Source of the DNA: Eledone cirrhosa
Taxonomy: Eukaryota
Reading direction: 5' to 3'
Assembly: GCA_964016885.1 (NCBI GenBank)
Contig: OZ024742.1
Coordinates: forward strand, 108,810,001-108,874,000
Length of the DNA stretch: 64,000 bases
Shown piece after piece: positions 58,001 to 64,000 of the stretch; position 1 is the first letter of the stretch; the number at the start of each line of letters is the position of its first letter. A model generated the notes under the pieces. That model ran no database searches and was not told the DNA's origin. It saw only the letters and a list, made by a program, of their open reading frames with translations. Both the position numbers and the translations under genes were made by a program.

Positions 58001-61000
58001 TTGCTCACTTAGTTCATTGATGATTTGCCGTTCACGTATATTACTATTACACTTCTAACGGAGCATGGATGCTTCGTTCCTCTCCAGTCTGCGCAGATCC
58101 TCTGCACACAAAGCCCATGTCTCATCTGTACAGAAACAGTACAATTCAGTATCTTTAATATTGTTATAATTATGACTTCACTGTCTTAGTTCTATTTCAT
58201 ATCACACGTCTTTGTGCAACATGTCTTAACATAACACATCTTTACAGGTTGATGAAGAACAGCTCGGAAGGATCCTTTCACTAATAGATAGTGGCAAATC
58301 AGAAGGAGCAAAATTGTGTACAGGTGGCAGCAGATTTGGTGATAAGGGTTATTACGTAGAACCAACAGTATTTGCTGATGTACAGGACAACATGACGATT
58401 GCACAAGAGGAGGTAAGTAAATGGATATTTACTCTTTAATAAATGGCTGTATATAAATCCTTAGAAACTCGTTTTTGTTTTGTTTGTTAACCCTATAGCA
58501 TTTAAACCGGCTGTGTCCGACCAGAATTCTCTCACCTCTCAGTTCAAACTAGCCATAACCAGCTGCTCATACTTATGTTAAGGTATTGTTCTCAAAATAA
58601 ATAATTTCCAAATCTTGTGGATTCGATATTATGTGAAATAAAGTTTTTGCTGTGAAAATACAATAGTAAATATAGTGAAATGTAAATACTAAAGGGTTAA
58701 ACCCAGAACTCATGTTGGACGTGTAGGAGCTCCATCTAACGTATAGCATGTCTTGTGAATTTTAAACCTAACAGAGTACATCCCTCTCCTGGTTTCAGCT
58801 GATTTCTTCTAGAGAAATAGAGAGGAAGAGTCGGCCCCAATATTAGAATGGTACTTTATTTATTGAACTTGACAGGACGAAGAGCAAAGTTGACCTAGGC
58901 AGGATGTATGTGCAAAGGGCTAGAACAAACATTGCCAAGTATTCTCTGATATTCCAACAACACTACCAATTCAATACCTAGTTAATTGTACATAACAATT
59001 GATGCTATAGCTATTTTTTCTCAACCTTTATCTAAAATTACATTCTTTACATGGCAAGAGTTGTAATTGGTGTAAATCATCTGTTATTGACAGGAAATCA
59101 AGGATGGTACTTGGTATTTGTTGATAATAACAAATCAGTCATTGATTAGACCTAAAACGATGACATATACACAGCACATATCCTGAATTTCATCATCTTT
59201 GTTTCACATGCTGGCATGAGTTGGACAGGTTGGCCACATTCTAGGACTAGACAGGTCAGATGACCATGTGTTGCTCATATGTCCCATTTTAGAGTGTATA
59301 CTGGGTGTATTTTATCATAGCACAAACGCTACCACTTTACAGAGTGTACTGGGTGCATTTTATCATGGCACTAACACTGCCACTATGCATGTAGGCATGC
59401 ATGCAAGTATGCACGTATGTATACATGTGTGTGTGTGTGTGTACATATGTATGTATACACACACACAGATAAACAACACTGTTGGTAGAGAATGTTTCAA
59501 CATTTTCAACATGTGACAGGCAGACAAAAATGTTTGTATAGTTATAATACAAGGGTCAGCTGAAAAGTTCATAGGCTGACCATGAAGGAGTGATGCTAGA
59601 GCTGTGAAATTTTGCATGCATTACTTTCATAAATAAACCTAATTTGGTATTTCCATGAGAATATCTTGTTCAGCCTATGAACTTTTAAGCCAATCCTCAT
59701 AGATTAATTTGTGTTATGCTTATGTTGAGAAGCTGTTGCAAGTTTGTTTCTAATTGTGTACAATCAATTGACCCCAAAACTAATTAGATCGGAATACCTT
59801 CATGTTATATAAAATATACTGTATAAATAACATAATAGCAGATTATATTTACTTTTTTTATTCCTAAAACTGGCACTGGTCCTTTAATATAAACCTGTTT
59901 TATAATTATCAAACTACTTGATTATCAGAAATTAGTTATATTACTAAAATCCATATAAATTCTTGATTCTTTTCAGAATTTGAAAATCATAAACAGTGTT
60001 TTTATTAAAAATATGGTAACAAAAGGGTTAAAGAAATAAAGAAAAATAAATATTGGTCAAGGAATTGAAACCACAACCTTATGGTTGTGAGTTCAACACC
60101 CTAATCACAAGGCCATGCAGTTTCACTTGTGGCTGGATAGTATGTTGTGTTCTTGAGCAAGATGCTTCCTTCCATACAACTGTTCATGAAAGGACTGGGA
60201 TTTGTATCATTGAAACATCCAAGAAACCTGAGATGCAACCTCATATGAGGCCAGCTAAATCTCCAAGCATAGTAATCCATCAAAAGTGATAGGGCTTATA
60301 GTAAAAAAAATGTTTAATTTAATAAAATTTTATGAAAAGATGCTTGAATACTTAATTTTCCTTTTCTCACTCTGACTCTAAGCATATTTCATTTTACATA
60401 TTTTACAATTTTTTTAAAATCACTCCCAAATACATATCCATTAAATTATGTTGACTTTGTTCTACCTATCTATCTACCTAACTTTTAACTGGGATTCATG
60501 TTTTATTGTAGTTGTTATAGTTGTTCTTATCTGAAGGTATAAAGGATAAAGATCCCATAACTCTTTGTGGAGTCATAGAGGCACTGTCATACGGTGTGTC
60601 TGGAGCACTTTTAAACCTGGTGGAGCCCAACTCTCTCCAGGTCTGAACACAGCCGATTTTTTTCTATAGAGGAAGAATCGACCCCAGTACTGGACTGGTA
60701 CTGAAGATATATACATTATTAAATATAGACAGATAGATAGCTATAGACAGACAAATAGGTAGTTATTATCATCATCTCTGGTTTACGTCCACTTTTCCAT
60801 GCTTGCGTGGGTTGGACAGGTCTTTTTCAACACAGCATTCCTCTTTTCGTTGTGGTCCTTTGTCATCTCTATGAGCGTCAGCTGAGATCAGCTCTCACAA
60901 CCTTTACGTAGGTCTTCTTTGGTCTCCTTCTACTGCAGGGATTTGGCATTTATTTGCCCAATGATCATCTATTTGCATCTCACATCCAGCTTTTCTCTTA

Positions 61001-61303
61001 GCTCATCCATACTTTCATGCATATTAACATTGCATACCCATCTAAACCTACATCCTAGGTGTCAGCTATAAATTACACCTATTTACATTTCATTTTTACA
61101 ACCTTATTCATTTTTGTTTAACTTGTCACTATTTTGTTTTGTCAGATCTTTGGTCCAGTAATGCAAATAATGAAATTCCGTAATGTGGAGGAGTTAATTG
61201 AGAGGGCTCACAACACTATATATGGTCTAGCTGCTGCTGTCATGACAACTGATCTTGAAAAGGCTCTTCACATATCAAACTCACTCAGAGCAGGGACTGT
61301 TTG
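28459..61303 (+). CDS. ALDH2: Aldehyde dehydrogenase, ALDH2-like (ALDH1/2 family): gene span of 11 internal exons, 5' and 3' exons not found in the window
   Basis: Exons of 105,141,80,50,62,129,114,103,185,165,158 nt join in frame. Motifs [49 protein letters not shown]. Confidence 0.93.
28948..29088 (+). CDS. ALDH2: ALDH exon ([29 protein letters not shown]...SYIA), 141 nt
   Basis: ttttcag|GCA ... GCA|gtaagt. Confidence 0.95.
29470..29600 (+). mobile_element. Degenerate SINE of a second family (Deu/Nin-like core)
   Basis: B box GAGTTCAAATCC followed by TTGCCTTTCATCCTTACGGGGTCGATAAAATAAAGTACCAG and an (ATT)n end. Confidence 0.65.
30217..30296 (+). CDS. ALDH2: ALDH exon ([27 protein letters not shown]), 80 nt
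   Basis: ccttag|TCT ... CG|gtaaga. Confidence 0.95.
31075..31210 (+). mobile_element. Penelope-like RT fragment
   Basis: [35 protein letters not shown] aligns by eye to [35 protein letters not shown] in the element at 42.4-44.7 kb. Confidence 0.75.
31536..32022 (+). mobile_element. Helitron-like non-autonomous element
   Basis: A|TCTAAACTATAATAA start, terminal hairpin ending CTAG|T, no TSD. Internal 31710-31758 is shared with 46622-46669. Confidence 0.6.
32025..32187. repeat. 73-bp inverted repeat (17-nt spacer), likely a head-to-head Penelope pLTR remnant
   Basis: Arms 32025-32097 and 32115-32187, each with a hammerhead-like CTGATGA...(G/A)AAAC core. Confidence 0.7.
32498..32547 (+). CDS. 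ALDH2: ALDH exon ([16 protein letters not shown]), 50 nt
   Basis: tcttcag|A TAT ... ATC C|gtaagt. Confidence 0.95.
33455..33760 (+). mobile_element. Old, heavily decayed RTE fragment (PHD/C-terminal region)
   Basis: ATTACAGGTAGGCTAACAAAGAAT..ACATGTAGCAAATGC..GACAGCTTT..CTGGGTGATCAAATT..GGAGGTTCCTCTGAAAGT resembles family B. Confidence 0.55.
34253..34314 (+). CDS. ALDH2: ALDH exon ([20 protein letters not shown]), 62 nt
   Basis: ttaccag|GT GGA ... CCT|gtaagc. Confidence 0.95.
34741..34943 (-). mobile_element. 5'-truncated SINE
   Basis: Matches 9703-9880. Confidence 0.85.
35111..35382 (-). mobile_element. 3' UTR fragment of a related RTE subfamily (C)
   Basis: Matches 57310-57580 (AATTGTCCCACTTGAGGCAAGATTGGTC). 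Confidence 0.8.
35393..37677 (+). mobile_element. 5'-truncated RTE family B copy with an intact RT frame
   Basis: ORF 35441-37318 ending TRLASRHL like the copy at 22305, (GAT)n tail. Confidence 0.96.
37968..39958 (-). mobile_element. Internally deleted hAT transposon (Buster/Charlie type)
   Basis: 8-bp TSD CTCTAGAT (37960-37967 and 39959-39966). TIRs CACAAGTTCTCAAC / CAAAGGTTCTCAAC. Transposase remnants 39108-39626 (HCVIH, EVRWLSK) and 38657-39019 ([13 protein letters not shown]). Confidence 0.92.
39650..39925. repeat. ~40-bp subterminal tandem repeat of the hAT element (~7 units)
   Basis: Unit ~TGTGGTCCTAGATGTATGTATTACCTGCTTATGTGTTGTA. Confidence 0.9.
40113..41371 (+). mobile_element. 5'-truncated RTE family B copy (one nonsense codon)
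   Basis: KINLAKTK... with CGA>TGA at 40570-40572, (GAT)n tail. Confidence 0.95.
41540..42174. repeat. Left arm of a 635-bp inverted repeat (partner 45066-45700)
   Basis: Reverse complement with only scattered substitutions. Confidence 0.95.
42207..42432 (+). mobile_element. 5'-truncated SINE with (GAAAT)n tail
   Basis: Same family as 9703-10049. Confidence 0.88.
42433..45010 (+). mobile_element. Penelope-like element (Naiad-type RT + C-terminal GIY-YIG), 5'-truncated and disrupted
   Basis: ORFs 42477-42788 (KADKT), 42770-44227 ([39 protein letters not shown]) and 44294-44689 (VY..YIG, FKKRW..H, IWELK, CGLC, LLN, CRH). Frameshift in an A-run near 42735, TAA and TAG in the linker. Confidence 0.88.
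45066..45700. repeat. Right arm of the 635-bp inverted repeat
   Basis: Reverse complement of 41540-42174. Confidence 0.95.
46861..47085 (+). mobile_element. tRNA-derived SINE, 3'-truncated
   Basis: GGAGGCACATGGCTTAGTGGTTAGAGC...GGTTCAATTC head, same family as 9703-10049. Confidence 0.9.
47258..48660. repeat. 27/32-bp AT-rich satellite with a 172-bp higher-order unit
   Basis: Monomer ATATATTTTCAACAGTAATACT(A/G)TACT(+GTACT). The variant GTTTCC recurs at 47811, 47983, 48155 and 48327. Confidence 0.95.
48855..49030. repeat. (CCCT)n/(CT)n microsatellite upstream of an ALDH exon
   Basis: Direct reading. Confidence 0.95.
49119..49247 (+). CDS. ALDH2: ALDH exon ([43 protein letters not shown]), 129 nt
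   Basis: ttttag|TGG ... GAG|gtaaga. Confidence 0.96.
50055..50168 (+). CDS. ALDH2: ALDH exon ([38 protein letters not shown]), 114 nt
   Basis: gtttag|GCT ... GAG|gtatgt. Confidence 0.96.
51301..51789 (-). mobile_element. Helitron-like non-autonomous element
   Basis: Minus strand A|TCTATATAC...GC-rich subterminal segment...GGCTAG|T, no TSD, (TTTG)n near the 5' end. Confidence 0.6.
51908..52320. repeat. Degenerate ~75-100-bp tandem repeat (~5 units)
   Basis: Recurrent CCTATGA...AGGCCAGCTAAACCTACATAGG..AGCTGTAA...CATTAAAA. Confidence 0.75.
52353..52455 (+). CDS. ALDH2: ALDH exon ([34 protein letters not shown]), 103 nt, contains Glu268
   Basis: tttcag|ATT ... GAT A|gtaagc. Confidence 0.96.
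52771..53680 (+). mobile_element. Decayed 5'-truncated RTE-clade LINE of a different family (no PHD finger)
   Basis: [47 protein letters not shown]. Frameshifted. Confidence 0.85.
54211..54570 (-). mobile_element. SINE with a folded-back 5' end
   Basis: Same family as 9703-10049. 54524-54570 is the exact reverse complement of 54459-54505. Confidence 0.9.
54929..55113 (+). CDS. ALDH2: ALDH exon ([24 protein letters not shown]...DQGPQ), 185 nt, contains catalytic Cys302
   Basis: cttccag|TG ... CAG|gtgaag. Confidence 0.96.
55468..56891. repeat. ~310-bp foldback whose right arm is split by an RTE insertion
   Basis: Left arm 55468-55780. Right arm 55912-56046 plus 56710-56891. Confidence 0.9.
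56045..56710 (-). mobile_element. 5'-truncated RTE family B copy
   Basis: ORF end MRMKVDSC...EKTRLT, 3' UTR and tail. Confidence 0.95.
57310..58124 (-). mobile_element. 5'-truncated RTE copy, diverged subfamily C
   Basis: [19 protein letters not shown]..., related 3' UTR and (GAT)n tail. Confidence 0.9.
58248..58412 (+). CDS. ALDH2: ALDH exon ([22 protein letters not shown]...[22 protein letters not shown]), 165 nt
   Basis: tttacag|GTT ... GAG|gtaagt. Confidence 0.96.
58491..58696. mobile_element. piggyBac-like MITE
   Basis: TTAA|CCCTATAGCATTTA ... TAAATACTAAAGGG|TTAA. A partial sister copy starts near 56975. Confidence 0.75.
59550..59699. mobile_element. mariner-like MITE
   Basis: TA|CAAGGGTCAGCTGAAAAGTTCATAGGCTGA ... 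TCAGCCTATGAACTTTTAAGCCAATCCTCA|TA. Confidence 0.75.
60768..61040 (-). mobile_element. Old RTE 3' fragment with a very short 3' UTR
   Basis: Minus strand: RRPKKT...AVLKKT followed directly by CCAACCCACGCAAGCATGGAAAAGTGGACGTAAAC and (GAT)n. Confidence 0.65.
61146..61303 (+). CDS. ALDH2: ALDH exon ([32 protein letters not shown]...RAGTVW), 158 nt
   Basis: ttgtcag|ATC ... GTT TG|gtaact. Confidence 0.96.
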
Positions 61304-61605
61304 GTAACTTTCTCAATTTCTTAATGTTTTCCATGACCCCTGCCTTTCCCCATTTTAAATGGTTCCTGTTTAATTTTAAACCTTTCAACAATCATATAAG
61401 AATCATGTGTTAATTTTTTCTCTTAGTAATGAAATGTTTAATAATATTAGTAAATCCCTCCAAATTCTTCATTAACCCTTTTAATACCAACCTGGTAAAA
61501 CTGACTCTGGTGCTATGAAACAAAATCACCCTTTTTAAAGGATTCCTGTTTAATTTAATGTTTAATTAATATAATCTTAAGAACCATATGTTAAGTTAGT
61601 ATATT

Positions 61606-64000
61606 AGGCTGTCTTTTTCAGACCCCGCTGAGGCAATTTCATATCATCTGGCCTCTGTTAAAGCTGGGCATGAAAATCGGATTACCTTCTGAACACGCCC
61701 AGGCCTACCACCCCATGTACGTCCAAAGCTACGTGCTGCAGCTTCCTTGAATCGGAACTCAGCACAACATGAAAGTTTTAGTCTGCGTGATGATGGGCAG
61801 ATCTGGAGGTTTGTTAAGGCTGGTGAAACGTGAAAGAGAGATACCAGCTGGTCTGAGTGTGCTCTACCCACAATAACTGGCAATGAAAAAACTGCAACAA
61901 CTCTGGGAAACTAAACCAGAACAACCTGCCATCCTCTACACACTATCATAAACTGCAAGCAGGGTACAAATTGTTGTCCTTAAATGCTCGCAGTTTATGC
62001 AACAAGATACATCTGTTTAACTCCTACGTCAGAAGCATCGACCCTGACTTCATCACAGTCACGGAAACATTCCTTACTCTGTGATGGGGTTTTCAGCATT
62101 ACTGGGTACAACCTTTTCCGCAAGGACTGCATTAATCGCCGTGGTGGTGGTGTGATGGTCTACGTTCGTTCAAACTTTTCGGTAATTCCTTGCGTTGGTT
62201 TGAACGAATCACAGGAAGAAGTTTTTTTTTGTGACATACGTATGACCATGTCAACACTTCTGCTTGGTGTTGTTTATCGCCCCCCAAACTACCATCAGGA
62301 CACACAGCTTTGCGATATCCTCAGAGTTGCTGCCAGGAAAACAGCCACTTATGTGTTTATTGCAGGTAACTTCAATCATCCTGAGATCAATTGGGAAACC
62401 TTTCGTTGGCCACAAAGTGCAAACGATTTCCTTCAGCTAGTGCTGGACTCAAACTGGTCACAAGTAGTCACCTCGCCAACAAGAGGTGACAACACTTTGG
62501 ACATGATCTTCACCACTACTCTTGAAGTGGTTATCAGTTGTACTACTGAGGAACCTCTAGGCGACTCTGATCATGCTATGATTATTGCCAATCTGGCTCT
62601 TGCGGGCAGCAACAAAAACCAGAACCATCTCCAATCTGCTTGCTTTGATTGGAAGAAAGCAGATTGGAACTTGTACTGCACTGAGCTACAGCGCCCAAAC
62701 TGGCATGAGTTCTATAACTCTGGAGATGTGAACACTATACTCCAGAGCATCCTGGACTCAATATGGATAGCATGTGCAGCATTGGTGCCACGTAAGCAGA
62801 AAAAAAACCACCCCAAAAGTGCAATTTGGGAAACTTCAGCGGTCCGACTTGCCAGGAAAGAACGTTGGGACGCTGAACGGGAATATAAACTGCATAAATC
62901 AGATGCCAACAGAAAAAAGCAGAATAAATCGTTCAACCATCTCAAGCAAGTGACAAAAAAGGCAGTGCTTGAATTTGAACAGTGCATAGCAACCAATCCT
63001 GACAGTAAGGTGTTCTGGAAATATGTTCATTCAAAGCAGAGACCTCACTCTCCAGTTGGTCCTCTTTGCAATCCCCACACAAGCCAGATCACTGACGATC
63101 CCAAAGAATGCGCAGAACTCATTGCTGAGTGTTATGCAAGCATTTTTACTGTTGAAAACCAGAATGTACCATCTCCACCATCTCTAACATCAAATTCCAT
63201 AACAACTATGGAATTTACACCTGCAATGTTGCGACGTCACCTTAAGAATAAGCGCAACTATGCCTCCCCTGGTCTTGATGGTGTTACATACCTGCTTCTC
63301 AAACGTGGCGGGTACTTCCTTTTGCACCAGCTTTCTTTCTTCTTTCAATACTGTCTCAACAATGGTGCTACTCCGGAGCAGTGGAAAACTGCCAGTGTCA
63401 TTCCCCTGTTCAAAAAGGGCGACCCCACGTCACCTGTCAACTATCGTCCAGTCAGTCTTACTAGCTGCATTGCCAAACTGATGGAATCCTGTGTCAGAGA
63501 AACACTTTGGAACTTCTGGAGCTCTCACAGCCTCATCCGGCCCTCGCAGTTTGAATTTATCCCTAACTCCAGCTGCTGTGATCAGCTTATCGAGTTCCTT
63601 GAAGACATTACCTGGATCACTGACAGCGGCTCATGGGTGGATGTTGTTTACCTTGACTTCGCTAAGGCTTTTAATTCTGTGCCACACAAAAGACTTATGG
63701 CAAAACTCTCTGCAATGGGTGTGAGGGATGATCTTTTTAACTGGTTGAAATCCTTCATTCTCAGCCGAAAAGAGGTAGTCACGGTTCTAGGACAGCATTC
63801 TTCACCATATGAGATGTCATCTGGTGTACCACAGGGATCTGTTCTTGGTCCCCTTTTGTTTGTGGCATATATTAATGACATAGGTGCCAACTTAAAGAAT
63901 GCCACAGTACTGAAATATGCAGATGACATTAAGCTGTACCTTGAAATCAAAAGGACTGATCCTGAAATCTACAACTCTTTCCTACAATCAGACCTGGACA
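61606..64000 (+). mobile_element. CR1-group LINE (APE + RT), runs off the window
   Basis: LNARSL/VTETFL (61980-62078), frameshift near 62080, then an open frame to 64000: GGGV, YRPP, GNFN (catalytic D>N), PTRG, SDH, NYRPVSLTS, LDFAKAF, GVPQGSVLGP, YADD. Confidence 0.9.

Overview
Eukaryotic (animal) genomic DNA. The repeat families suggest an octopod cephalopod, but this is inference. The only host gene I can support is a + strand ALDH2-like (ALDH1/2 family) aldehyde dehydrogenase, with 11 internal coding exons from 28459 to 61303. All have GT-AG boundaries, read in frame, and keep catalytic Glu268 and Cys302. The first and last exons are not found in the window. The rest is repeat-dominated, probably intronic sequence. 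It includes a ~28 kb nest of G-interrupted (TA)n microsatellite holding many RTE-clade LINE copies, one fully intact, whose ORF carries a PHD-type finger after the RT. Also present are two CR1-type LINEs, a Penelope-like (Naiad-type) RT/GIY-YIG element inside long inverted arms, and a hAT (Buster-type) remnant with TIRs and an 8-bp TSD. Smaller items are tRNA-derived SINEs, Helitron-like, piggyBac-like and mariner-like miniature elements, degenerate hammerhead/HDV-like ribozyme candidates, a 27/32-bp satellite with a 172-bp higher-order repeat, and one 200-N gap. Most long ORFs in the supplied track are microsatellite artefacts.
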